Positions 1 to 8,811 of a stretch of DNA of 64,000 nucleotides are shown here, in pieces. The notes under the pieces are model-generated. The model had not been told where the DNA came from. It saw only the letters and a program-made list of their open reading frames with translations, and made no database searches. Both the position numbers and the translations under genes were made by a program. This DNA is from a virus. Each line of letters opens with the position of its first letter. Position 1 is the stretch's first letter. Where the stretch lies: IMG/VR virus record IMGVR_UViG_3300044655_001360, one strand, 5' to 3'.

Positions 1-89
1 GAATTACTGATCTATTATCTTTTAGTTATGATGTTCTTATAGATGATCTTATTGATGTGAGTTATTAATTGAATTATCTTTTAGTTTAA

Positions 90-226
90 AATGTATGTGT
101 TCGTATGGAGTTTATAATGTATGTGTTCATTTGGTAAAAAGCTATAAGGGAATCTAAAATGTATGTGCGCGAATGGAAACAGCTAAAATGTATGGGTTCG
201 AATGCATCTAAAAATGTATGTGCGCG
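90..226. repeat. Five copies of AATGTATG(T/G)G(T/C)(T/G)C(G/A) in AT-rich DNA (iteron-like)
   Basis: Copies start at 90, 116, 158, 187 and 213; same orientation; no ORF here. Confidence 0.75.
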
Positions 227-374
227 TGGCTTAAGCAGGTATCTATTAGGTACATTATCTTTTAGAATTCATTTAATCTTATATGCTCCTACAATTATTA
301 AAATCAATAATTAAATCTATTATTAAAGCGACGCGCCAGCGGAGCCCTCACTGCGGGTTGTGGAGCTGAACATC

Positions 375-800
375 TTAACCCGAAAAACTCGGGTTAATTC
401 AAAGGACAATGGACATTTCTAATTGTGGAACTAAAATGTCCAAGGGTTCTGCGTACAAGCATCGCATCACAGTAGCATGTAGAGCATTACAGAGGCGGTC
501 AGCCGGTACCTCGAGCTCAGTCTTATTAATCTGACGGTGGCCACGTAAACAACAGCTACCTCATCTACGTGACGTGGGTTTTCTCAACCCATCTTTAGCC
601 TTGGTTATTCGTTTTTGCTATAGTTCAAATGGGTTGTATGAAGGCATATCCCATAACTCATCTGGTGGGGTAGTGAACTATATCTCCGTTGCTAATGTCG
701 GAACTTCCATCCCCTGTGATTCAAGTAGACCAGGGTTTAAGGGCACGTAATGGTCGCCTGTGCGCGGCTTTCTTAGCAATTCTCTCACCTTTCTATGTTC
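375..800 (-). ncRNA. Candidate large structured non-coding RNA (family unassigned)
   Basis: ORF-free, GC-richer than flanks. Nested helices: 712-716/731-735, 619-627/674-682, 575-580/586-591, 540-549/564-573 (G-U pairs only on minus strand), 482-485/515-518 enclosing 492-495/509-512, 410-418/434-442, 375-383/389-397. Lies downstream of minus-strand promoters. Confidence 0.6.
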
Positions 801-869
801 TATCTAGTAATTCGGTGAGCAAGTTTGGCGGGTGCCTAAAAGATAATTGAGTAATTGCTTTTGTGCGAG

Positions 870-1075
870 TAGACTTTGTGTCGGTAAGAATTGAGATGGT
901 CTCTGTAAGTAAAAGAAATTATAGACTTTGTGTCGGTAAGAATTGAGATGGTCTCTGTAAGTAAAAGAAATTATAGACTTTGTGTCGGTAAGTATTGAGA
1001 TGGTCTCTGTGAACTGCTTTTGTGTAAGTAGACTTTGTGTCGGTAAGTATTGAGATGGTCTCTGTAAACTGCTTT
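870..1075. repeat. Tandem array, 4 x ~37-bp unit TAGACTTTGTGTCGGTAAG(A/T)ATTGAGATGGTCTCTGT, period 52/52/55
   Basis: Units start at 870, 922, 974 and 1029; partial copy TTGAGATGGTCTC near 1146-1158; linkers are short and repeated. Confidence 0.95.
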
Positions 1076-1098
1076 TGGGTAATTCTTTAGTATGGTTA

Positions 1099-1127
1099 AT
1101 TGTAACTTAGTTAATCCCTGTTGTCAA
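1099..1127 (-). promoter_or_regulatory. sigma70-type promoter TTGACA-17-TACAAT firing into the repeat array and ncRNA
   Basis: Minus strand reads TTGACA acagggattaactaagt TACAAT. Confidence 0.75.
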
Positions 1128-1189
1128 TACTTATGTGAATTTATTTTGAGATGGTCTCGGTAATGTTCTTGTATAGATTGATTATACTC

Positions 1190-1196
1190 TATTTAG
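1190..1196 (-). promoter_or_regulatory. Late-type promoter core CTAAATA upstream of the non-coding locus
   Basis: Same motif precedes structural genes elsewhere in the window. Confidence 0.45.
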
Positions 1197-1251
1197 CAGA
1201 GAAAAACAGCATTTATTGTTAACTATTAAGAAAATAATAGTCAACAAACAG

Positions 1252-1671
1252 TTAACAATACTCAATAGCTCGCATAGCCAGTTCATCAGCACGTTCATTG
1301 CCAGGAATTCCTGAATGGCCTTTGATCCATTGCCAAGTGACATTGTGAGGTTTAGCTGCTGCAGCCAGTGCATGCCATAAGTCTGGATTAACGAAATTGG
1401 TACGACCATTCTTAATCCAATTAGGATACCATTTAGTGATTCCATCTACAACATATTTTGAATCACTATAGATTGTGACATCACATGGTCTGGTTAAGGC
1501 ATTTAATGCTTGGATTGCTGCCATTAGTTCCATGCGGTTATTAGTAGTACCATCTACACCACCAAAGAGTTCTTTTTCTTTGTTGTTGCACATAAGTACA
1601 GCACCCCAACCACCCTTTCCGGGATTAGGAATGCATCCACCATCAGTATATACGATTACCTTGTCTTTCAT
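1252..1671 (-). CDS. rnhA: Ribonuclease HI (bacterial type)
   Basis: [52 protein letters not shown] motifs. Confidence 0.97.
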   Translation of the reverse strand: MKDKVIVYTDGGCIPNPGKGGWGAVLMCNNKEKELFGGVDGTTNNRMELMAAIQALNALTRPCDVTIYSDSKYVVDGITKWYPNWIKNGRTNFVNPDLWHALAAAAKPHNVTWQWIKGHSGIPGNERADELAMRAIEYC

Positions 1672-1702
1672 AATATTACATTTGATAAGAATAAAATGAT
1701 AT

Positions 1703-2224
1703 TTAGTCTGGCGAAATAGTGCTTAATTGCTTGACTAATTGATGATTATGTTGCCAAAAAGAATCATAATCAAAGATTTGCCAGTGACCAAACTTAACTG
1801 AAGTGTAATTGGTATGAGGGTGTGATAAGTCCCATCCTTTGTCAGATTCAACCGCAACGTACTTTCCTTTACGTGTGATCTTAAACATGAGAATATTCAT
1901 ATCATTTGGATCTGCCACTTGAACCAATTGACCTAGCCAAGTTTCAAGTTGTTTGACTTCACCTGAGTATAATTGATGAAAAGGAAAATCTGCATAGTTC
2001 TTGGCTTCACTATTAAAGGAAGTCCATTCGGTTGGTGGGATAATATCACCTTTGAAACTTTGGATTTGACCAGCATCTAATACGGCTTTTCGCTGCGTGT
2101 TTTTACCTCCAACAAAGGCACCACTACCTTGGCATCTCAAAAATTTTAGATTGTAAATGGAGGATAAGTGATTTGCAATCTCACGTTCCCATGTATTGCC
2201 TTTGTTTTTTGATTTGCTGGTCAT
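1703..2224 (-). CDS. Holliday-junction resolvase-like PD-(D/E)XK nuclease
   Basis: [12 protein letters not shown]-terminus, GSGA, GDI...SEAK motif typical of phage Hjc-like resolvases. Confidence 0.75.
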   Translation of the reverse strand: MTSKSKNKGNTWEREIANHLSSIYNLKFLRCQGSGAFVGGKNTQRKAVLDAGQIQSFKGDIIPPTEWTSFNSEAKNYADFPFHQLYSGEVKQLETWLGQLVQVADPNDMNILMFKITRKGKYVAVESDKGWDLSHPHTNYTSVKFGHWQIFDYDSFWQHNHQLVKQLSTISPD

Positions 2225-2323
2225 AGTAGGTTCACTTGTTTCGGTTAGTAGTGAACCTATTTATCAGGTGGGATTTTGCTAAAAGATAATACTACCGCAG
2301 TGAGTTAATCATCTTTTAGACAA

Positions 2324-2349
2324 CAAAAAGCCCAGAATTATCTGGGCTT
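2324..2349 (-). terminator. Intrinsic terminator after gp46
   Basis: AAGCCCAGA/TCTGGGCTT stem with a minus-strand U-tract. Confidence 0.8.
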
Positions 2350-2367
2350 AGTGGATTCGATTATCTT

Positions 2368-4137
2368 TTAGACTATATCCACGTCAGTGGCATAATGAGT
2401 AAACCCACCTTCCTTGATAACTTTCAGCACGTGATTAACTCTACTAGTTAAGTCATCTCTGTGTGAAATCAAGAACACATTTTTGTTACGTTCACGAGTC
2501 ATTTGTTTTAGAACAGAGATACTGCATTCAACACCAGATGAATCTAAACCAGAATCTAGCAACTCATCGATGAATAACAAATTGATTGGTTGATATAAGT
2601 TCTCCCAAACATCTCTAAAAGACCAGCTTAAAGACAAGATTAAACGATTCATCTCACCACGAGATAGGTTGTAGAAATCTAAATCTTGACCTAATTGGGT
2701 AATCGATACAGATAAATCATTTTGGAATTCTACTTGATGTGGTAGACCCAATTGACCTAAGTAAACAGAAAGTCTTTGATTCAAGAATGCCAAGTTTTGA
2801 TCGATTATACGTTTACGAATAAAACTATTCTTGTTAGTTAACAAGTTATAGAGAAAGTCTTGATGCTCTTTAACTCGAACCAATTCATTCATTTTATCCC
2901 ATGAAACATCTTGGATAGCAGTCGTTTTCAAGTCTTCGATTTGTTCTAAGTACGGATTGGTTTCAGCTAACTTACTAGTCAACTCTTTCTCCAGTGAAGC
3001 AATTGTATTCTTGTGATTCAAGGCTTGTTCTAGGGTATCATACTTAACAGTTGGACAAGGACCAATCTCACCTAAAGTAATGATAGCTTCATCTAACAAG
3101 TCTAATTCTTCTTTATGTGAAGCAATTGACTTTAAACTAGTTTGGTATTGTTCACTTTTAGTAGCTAATAACTGTTCATGTTTGTCGTCATGTAACTCTT
3201 GACCACAGGCATGGCATTTATGTTCTGCTAAGTGAACTAACTCTTGCTCTAGTGATTTAAGAACACGTTCTTCTCGTTCAACTGCAGTAGATTGCTTTGC
3301 AATTAATGAGTTAATACTATCACGTTCTTTCTTACTAGCATGCCAAACAGTATACTCTCGTTGTGCTTGAATCTCGGCATCAATGTCAATTGGACTTAAT
3401 CGTTCAATATCTTTGTTGATAGAAATAACTGCTCTATCACGAGTTTCATTCCACATCTTTTCTTTACGAATTAAGGCTTCGATGCTTTGTTGAATACGGT
3501 CATTCGATGCTTGTACTGTAGTAATACGAGTGTTTTCATAGGTGATTGCATCTTTAGATTCCTTAACAAGAACCTTTAAGACTTCTGCTTTTTCACTCAA
3601 TTGGGTAATACCAAGTAACTGTTCAATGATTTCTCGTTGTTCGCCTGGTTTCATTCCTAAGAATGGAACTGTGAAGGTATTCAGAGCAATAATATGCTTG
3701 AACATCTCATGTTTCATGCCTAAGATTTCTTCAATAGCCTTTTGGGTTTCTCTTGAATCACCTTGGCTTTCATCTAAATCCTGTAGAACTTGATCCTTGC
3801 CATTGATAGAAAACTTCAAGATATTTGGTTTTCTACCACGTTCAATCCGGTATTCAACACCATCTTTATCAAATGTAACAGTAGCTAACATAGCTTTACC
3901 GTTAATCTTATTGATAAGGTTTTCACGTTTGATATTAGTCAGTGCAGAACCAAATAAAGCATAGCTTAAGCCATTGACGATACTGGTTTTACCAACTGAG
4001 TTTCGTTTATCAGTACCACCCAAGTCTAAGTTTTCACCTAAAACTAAGGTAAGTAAACCTTGGTCAAAGGCAATGCTTTGTGTTTGATTCCCAATCGATA
4101 GGAAGTTTTTAATCGTAAGATTCTTAATTGTTATCAT
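2368..4137 (-). CDS. gp46: Rad50/SbcC-like recombination ATPase (T4 gp46-like)
   Basis: KNFLSIGN start, Walker A ...VGKTS, zinc hook CHAC, signature LSRGE, Walker B FIDE, LISH. Confidence 0.95.
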   Translation of the reverse strand: MITIKNLTIKNFLSIGNQTQSIAFDQGLLTLVLGENLDLGGTDKRNSVGKTSIVNGLSYALFGSALTNIKRENLINKINGKAMLATVTFDKDGVEYRIERGRKPNILKFSINGKDQVLQDLDESQGDSRETQKAIEEILGMKHEMFKHIIALNTFTVPFLGMKPGEQREIIEQLLGITQLSEKAEVLKVLVKESKDAITYENTRITTVQASNDRIQQSIEALIRKEKMWNETRDRAVISINKDIERLSPIDIDAEIQAQREYTVWHASKKERDSINSLIAKQSTAVEREERVLKSLEQELVHLAEHKCHACGQELHDDKHEQLLATKSEQYQTSLKSIASHKEELDLLDEAIITLGEIGPCPTVKYDTLEQALNHKNTIASLEKELTSKLAETNPYLEQIEDLKTTAIQDVSWDKMNELVRVKEHQDFLYNLLTNKNSFIRKRIIDQNLAFLNQRLSVYLGQLGLPHQVEFQNDLSVSITQLGQDLDFYNLSRGEMNRLILSLSWSFRDVWENLYQPINLLFIDELLDSGLDSSGVECSISVLKQMTRERNKNVFLISHRDDLTSRVNHVLKVIKEGGFTHYATDVDIV

Positions 4138-4162
4138 AGTAGTCGAGGTAGTTAAGTGAAAG

Positions 4163-4525
4163 TTATGTTAACAGGAAATTAGTACAACGGTCAACAACTT
4201 CTTGTCGATTGGCGTTAAAATCAGATTCCCAAACAACCAGTAAAGAATAACCATTGTCAATGGCGTATTGATTCTTGTGATAATCAGAAGTCCACGTCTC
4301 AAAAGCAGTTTTCTTTGTAGTTGGATTAACAAAGTCTTCGGCATAAAGCAATGGATGCGCATGCCAGAAATCACCATGAAACTCAATTATCTTGTTTTCA
4401 TATCGAAAGTCATATCGATAATGCCTTTTTGAACCACTACGAACATACGGTATATAGAATTGCTTTTCAATCTCTGGGAATACAGAACGAAACTGTTCAA
4501 ACAAATAGGTTTCTTGTATACTCAT
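4163..4525 (-). CDS. Vsr/DUF559-like endonuclease (homing-endonuclease catalytic domain)
   Basis: YDF...IIEFHGDFWH...GY.LLVVWE; ATG at 4525 preceded by GGAGG. Confidence 0.8.
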   Translation of the reverse strand: MSIQETYLFEQFRSVFPEIEKQFYIPYVRSGSKRHYRYDFRYENKIIEFHGDFWHAHPLLYAEDFVNPTTKKTAFETWTSDYHKNQYAIDNGYSLLVVWESDFNANRQEVVDRCTNFLLT

Positions 4526-4534
4526 CAACACCTC

Positions 4535-5551
4535 CTACAGTTCTTGATAGATTGCCATCAACAAATTCTTATCAAATGATTCAGTATCAATTGATTCAAT
4601 TTGACTCATAACAATAGTATCAACTGTTTCAAAACTAATATCAACTGGAGTTAAGTCAGGATTAATATCTGCTTTAGAAGGAACCAAGTGCATCTCACGA
4701 AGATTGTATTGCGGTATGAAAGTTTCCTTGATGAAGTTTGCTTCTTCAAATGTAATAGGAATATCAATAGTTACACGGCAATGCATACCTTCTTTAAGCA
4801 ACTTATCGGGTTCACTGATAACTTCACTTAACTTGTATGATCTATAAGTAGGTTGTTTAGGCCATGAAAGATATTGAGGTTCACCACCCCATTCTAAAAT
4901 CATCATACCACGGGCATCATCACCAGCATCCGCATAATTGTGTGGAAACGCATTGCCAATGTAGTTGATATTGCCATTAGATTGTCTTTGATGGAAATGT
5001 CCACTAAATCCAAGTTCGTATGGTTTGAACTGTTCATTACGAATTTCACCGGTATCTGGCATTCTTACCATAGAGTTTAAGAAGAAACCAGGCAGTTCAA
5101 AATGACCAAAGATATATCGACCACCTGTCTTACCAACAGTTTTCCATTCATCACCAATCAACCAAGGACAAAGAGTCACATTACCAATAGTCATTGGTTT
5201 TTCAACGATTGTAATCCCTGGTATGAACTTACTATAGATAACACTGCATACGTCTCTACGATCTTTTAAGTACAAATCGTGGTTGCCTGGTAAGAAATAG
5301 AACTTTTCAAATGCAGCACCCATTTTTTCAAGGCATCGTACACTGTAATCCATAGATAGAATATTAAGTGAACTTCTATTGTGGTGGAAGTCACCTAAGA
5401 ACATACCAACTTCACAGCCATTAGCCTTTGCTGTTTCGATAAACCAATCGATGAATTGTTCACAATCTTCATTGTGAGTGGTTGAATTAGACTTAGCACC
5501 AATGTGCAAATCTGTGAATACTGCTACTTTCTTAAAAAGATTATCTGTCAT
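4535..5551 (-). CDS. gp47: Mre11/SbcD-like nuclease (T4 gp47-like)
   Basis: Metallophosphoesterase motifs FTDLH, LGDFH, GNHD, GHFE, SGHFH. Confidence 0.95.
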   Translation of the reverse strand: MTDNLFKKVAVFTDLHIGAKSNSTTHNEDCEQFIDWFIETAKANGCEVGMFLGDFHHNRSSLNILSMDYSVRCLEKMGAAFEKFYFLPGNHDLYLKDRRDVCSVIYSKFIPGITIVEKPMTIGNVTLCPWLIGDEWKTVGKTGGRYIFGHFELPGFFLNSMVRMPDTGEIRNEQFKPYELGFSGHFHQRQSNGNINYIGNAFPHNYADAGDDARGMMILEWGGEPQYLSWPKQPTYRSYKLSEVISEPDKLLKEGMHCRVTIDIPITFEEANFIKETFIPQYNLREMHLVPSKADINPDLTPVDISFETVDTIVMSQIESIDTESFDKNLLMAIYQEL

Positions 5552-5581
5552 ATTGATCTTCAGGTTAGTTAGGATTGGTGA

Positions 5582-5610
5582 ATTGTATAAGGTATGTAGT
5601 GGTTTGTCAA
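5582..5610 (-). promoter_or_regulatory. sigma70-type promoter TTGACA-17-TACAAT for gp47/gp46
   Basis: TTGACA aaccactacatacctta TACAAT. Confidence 0.7.
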
Positions 5611-5614
5611 GTGA

Positions 5615-5827
5615 CTATTCGGTATACCGCATGATAAACATAAGTCTATCTGATTCATTGAGAAAGTAGAAATTCGTAAGCGATGGTCTGACGTTCCTCT
5701 CACCGAAAGTATTAATACACCAAGTTCGCATTTCTTTGATAGGGTCACGAGTTGTATCTGAATCGCAATCGTATACGGACACACCGTATTTTTCTTTGAT
5801 TAGCGCATCGAATGGTTCTATTTTCAT
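5615..5827 (-). CDS. Hypothetical protein
   Basis: ORF with AGGA SD; W...TFG...F.F.NE.D...F..R pattern common in small phage proteins. Confidence 0.6.
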   Translation of the reverse strand: MKIEPFDALIKEKYGVSVYDCDSDTTRDPIKEMRTWCINTFGERNVRPSLTNFYFLNESDRLMFIMRYTE

Positions 5828-5858
5828 AACAATGTCCTAGTTTGGTTAAGATGCTGGT

Positions 5859-5940
5859 ATTATAGCTAAAAGATAATGGAAGTCAATTGTGATTTAATTA
5901 TCTTTTAGGTATTGACTATAGGTTTATTATACTATATAGT
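5859..5940. promoter_or_regulatory. Divergent sigma70-type promoters containing two ATTATCTTTTAG motifs
   Basis: Minus: TTGACT-16-TATAAT; plus: TTGACT-17-TATAGT; motif at 5866-5877 (-) and 5897-5908 (+). Confidence 0.65.
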
Positions 5941-5969
5941 AACGGCTCATTCAACTAACGAGGTGTACC

Positions 5970-6341
5970 ATGAACGCAATTAACATTATTGAGATTTACA
6001 ATTACCACGGCGTATGGGTATTTGATGACGAAACAACTGGCTTGAACAAAGAAGCATTTGTGTCAGGTGCTGATTTGATTATTGATGCAATGGTTAGTCA
6101 TATTCCAAATGCACACGATGGATTCCTTTGTATCTTTTCTAAAAACCCATTTCCATCCTATAAATATAAGTTAGAATTGAAAACACGTGGAAATGAAGAA
6201 ACCGGCAACTGGTACGTTTGTAAAGCACTAGGTATAGATGGTTGGTTGTGCGGTGCATTGTACAAATACTTCGACGTGGAACCAGAAGCGATCTATATCC
6301 AAGTAAAGGAAAAACAGAATGCAAATGCGAGAATTGCTTGA
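5970..6341 (+). CDS. Conserved hypothetical protein
   Basis: GAGG SD; WVFDD...L..EAFV.GAD..ID and GWLC.AL..YF motifs of a bacterial/phage DUF. Confidence 0.75.
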   Translation: MNAINIIEIYNYHGVWVFDDETTGLNKEAFVSGADLIIDAMVSHIPNAHDGFLCIFSKNPFPSYKYKLELKTRGNEETGNWYVCKALGIDGWLCGALYKYFDVEPEAIYIQVKEKQNANARIA

Positions 6342-6768
6342 CATAATTGACAACATTGATCTAGTGGAGGCGTTAGATACTCCACTAGAATACAAACAAA
6401 CTGACCCGAATATTTTTGAGTTTGCGTTTGATACGCCATCTGGTGAACAGCATTCGGGTATGGTTTTGTTTCACAGAAATAAATCTAACTATGCTACTTT
6501 AATATACGAAATTAATGATTCGTTTGACGGATTCAATACAGAAGGTTTTGCTCGTAAGATACTATCAACCGTGATAGCAAGTGCACTGGATTGGATCAAA
6601 CAGAATCCAAAAGTTATCTATATTGGATATTCTGCAGATAAAGATGATGGAACTAATGATAGACGTAGAGTATACCAATCATTAACACAGCAGTTAAGTA
6701 AAAAGTACGGATTTGCTGTGGTAAAGAATGATCCAAGTTCAGGTGAGTATATAGTACAGGTTAGGTAA
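6319..6768 (+). CDS. Hypothetical protein with capsid-targeting-like leader (MRELLDII...LVE|A)
   Basis: ORF; leader resembles those in the 56-61 kb operon. Confidence 0.65.
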   Translation: MQMRELLDIIDNIDLVEALDTPLEYKQTDPNIFEFAFDTPSGEQHSGMVLFHRNKSNYATLIYEINDSFDGFNTEGFARKILSTVIASALDWIKQNPKVIYIGYSADKDDGTNDRRRVYQSLTQQLSKKYGFAVVKNDPSSGEYIVQVR

Positions 6769-6793
6769 GAAAAAGCCCAGCTTCGCTGGGCTT
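6768..6793. terminator. Terminator between convergent genes
   Basis: AAGCCCAGC-TTC-GCTGGGCTT hairpin preceded by an A-run. Confidence 0.8.
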
Positions 6794-6813
6794 AGTAGTG
6801 GATCGATTGTCTT

Positions 6814-7662
6814 TTAGTCAACGTCAATCCAAGTATAACCATCATTCGTCCTTTCTCCATAGGTATCCGAGTTCATTCTTGTATGACTAGGATTTAAACC
6901 TGCACTTTCAAGAATGTCATCACGAATTTCACGATTTCTTTTCTCTATGTTTATCACACGTAAGAAGGCGTTTGTGCAACATTGTGTGTAGAAACTGAAT
7001 GGATTTGATGATTTAGACTCGTCAAATTGAAGAGCAACCTGCGATAATTGTAGGATTGCTTGCCCTCGCATCTCATCTATGTAGGTGTAGCCACGGACGT
7101 TACTACGCGAAGAATAGCGATCAGCCAATTTCATTAACATCTTACCTAATAAGTTAGACATCTGACCTTTTGTGATACTGAAATGGCCGGTATCGACATC
7201 ACCATCCCAATGGCTTTTACCAACACAAACCAACTCTTTATTCTCATTGAATTTCCAATGTTGGAAAGGTGGGAAGTTTACTTTAGCACGACCATCAGCA
7301 ACAGTTTTAACCGTTTTCTTACGGTCTGGCTGCAGGGGAATGTGGTCAAACGTCATGATTCTGAATATTAAATCATTTTCACAAATTGTGGTGTAATCGA
7401 CTTCAAATTCGATTGCTGGAATTTTCTTACCAGCTTCTAGTTGGGCTTTCTCGTGCGCTGCTCTTGATAAGCGAGTAGCACGGCTTTGTTTAGCATCGTT
7501 TATTGTATCTTCATTAATTTCACCGATATCAGTTACGATGCAATCATAGAATCCGAATTCAGGTTTTGTATATGAACAAAAAGTGTTTTTACTTGCATGA
7601 ATTGCTTTTAGTAACTCTTTGTTCGTCAAATACTTTGCTTTTGGTACTACGTGGTCAGCCAT
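6814..7662 (-). CDS. gp55: Late-transcription sigma factor (T4 gp55-like)
   Basis: YL.NKELL, RGYTY.DEM, FDE.KS.NPF.FYTQ...NAFLR.I..EK; start moved to MADH (GGAGAG SD). Confidence 0.88.
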   Translation of the reverse strand: MADHVVPKAKYLTNKELLKAIHASKNTFCSYTKPEFGFYDCIVTDIGEINEDTINDAKQSRATRLSRAAHEKAQLEAGKKIPAIEFEVDYTTICENDLIFRIMTFDHIPLQPDRKKTVKTVADGRAKVNFPPFQHWKFNENKELVCVGKSHWDGDVDTGHFSITKGQMSNLLGKMLMKLADRYSSRSNVRGYTYIDEMRGQAILQLSQVALQFDESKSSNPFSFYTQCCTNAFLRVINIEKRNREIRDDILESAGLNPSHTRMNSDTYGERTNDGYTWIDVD

Positions 7663-7712
7663 TAACTCTCTCCAAATGAATATATAAGACCTATTATACC
7701 ACAAAAAATAGT

Positions 7713-7720
7713 AATAAATA
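7713..7720 (+). promoter_or_regulatory. Late promoter (TAAATA) at the head of the tail operon
   Basis: AATAAATA ~25 nt before the ATG; other copies at 13656, 30647, 36002, 36012 (+) and 1700, 2258, 45682, 49434, 55801, 61277 (-). Confidence 0.7.
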
Positions 7721-7743
7721 GTACTAATAGGAGAATATTTATC

Positions 7744-8811
7744 ATGGCATTACCATCAATTTCATTTGCAGATTTAGCTGCATCACAAGCACCGCCGTCT
7801 GCATCACAGGCAGCGATAAGCAGTGCTATTACGCCAACGTTTTCGAATACTACTAATACTGTCTCTAATGCTAGTGAAATGGCTAACTTGGATGGAATGG
7901 CTTTTGGGCGTGCAAATGGCAGTAGCACTGGATCTGGTTTAATTGCCGGTGCTGGTGACTTAGCTAATGAAGCATTGGGTGGTGTCGGTGGTGTTTTATC
8001 AACTGCATTTGGTGCAGTCGGAGGTGGCGTTTCTTCTGCGTTATCTGCTGTAACCAGTTTAGCATCCGGTGATATTTCTGGTTTTGCTAGTCAGATATCA
8101 AAAGCGGCTGGTAACTTGAATGATCTACTAAGTATGAAGCGAAGTTCCAATTTACCATCTGGTGCAGAATTGTTTGCGGAACAACGAGCAACCGTTCTTG
8201 TATCACCCGGAACAGAGAACGATTGGCGTGTACGAATCGATGCACCGTGGGAGCAGTTTAATTCACCTTTATTCAGTAAGCATCTGGAAAATACTGGAGG
8301 TGTTGTTTGGCCATATCTACCGAATATAACAGTAGCATCAAAAGCAAATTATTCAAATCCAGATATAACACATAGCAACTATGCAATTCAAGCGTATAAA
8401 AATAGCCAAGTGGAAGATATCCAAATTTCAGGTGAGTTCACCTGTGAAACAGAAACAGATGCACAGTATTGGTTAGCTGCAACGACTTTCTTTAAAACAG
8501 CAACTAAAATGTTTTTTGGACAAGGTGCACATGCTGGTAACCCACCCGTAGTATGTTGGTTATCTGGGTATGGACCAGGAGTATTCAATCGAGTTCCGAT
8601 TGTCATTAAATCATTCAGCGTAGAACTAAAAGATTCGGTAAATTACATTCGATGTAATTCTGAGAGTGGTGGAGCACCTACTTGGGTTCCAATTATTAGC
8701 ACCGTGACTGTTACAGTTAGTCCAATATATAACAGAACAACAATTCGTAAATTCAGTCTAACTGATTACGCTAAAGGTAATTTAACAACAAATGGAGTAG
8801 GATTCTTATAA
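7744..8811 (+). CDS. Baseplate/tail-tube initiator-like structural protein
   Basis: G.VWPY.P.I......Y......H.NY....Y.NS.V..I.ISG.F and G.PP.V..LSGYG..VF..VP.VI.SF motifs; position before gp53-like gene. Confidence 0.7.
   Translation: MALPSISFADLAASQAPPSASQAAISSAITPTFSNTTNTVSNASEMANLDGMAFGRANGSSTGSGLIAGAGDLANEALGGVGGVLSTAFGAVGGGVSSALSAVTSLASGDISGFASQISKAAGNLNDLLSMKRSSNLPSGAELFAEQRATVLVSPGTENDWRVRIDAPWEQFNSPLFSKHLENTGGVVWPYLPNITVASKANYSNPDITHSNYAIQAYKNSQVEDIQISGEFTCETETDAQYWLAATTFFKTATKMFFGQGAHAGNPPVVCWLSGYGPGVFNRVPIVIKSFSVELKDSVNYIRCNSESGGAPTWVPIISTVTVTVSPIYNRTTIRKFSLTDYAKGNLTTNGVGFL

Noticed and set aside
400-800. RNase P RNA, tmRNA or group I/II intron
   Set aside because: Only faint resemblance (AAGAAAGCC, CAGAACCC); no full P4 motifs, no tRNA-like GGGG...CCA ends, no intron R/S or domain V motifs, and no interrupted host gene
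870-1075. CRISPR mini-array
   Set aside because: Linkers are only 15-18 nt and are duplicated rather than unique; no cas genes in the window
5866-5908. ATTATCTTTTAG as a DnaA box or Fur box
   Set aside because: Shares only TTATC or GATAAT; lacks TTATCCACA and the Fur inverted-repeat arrangement
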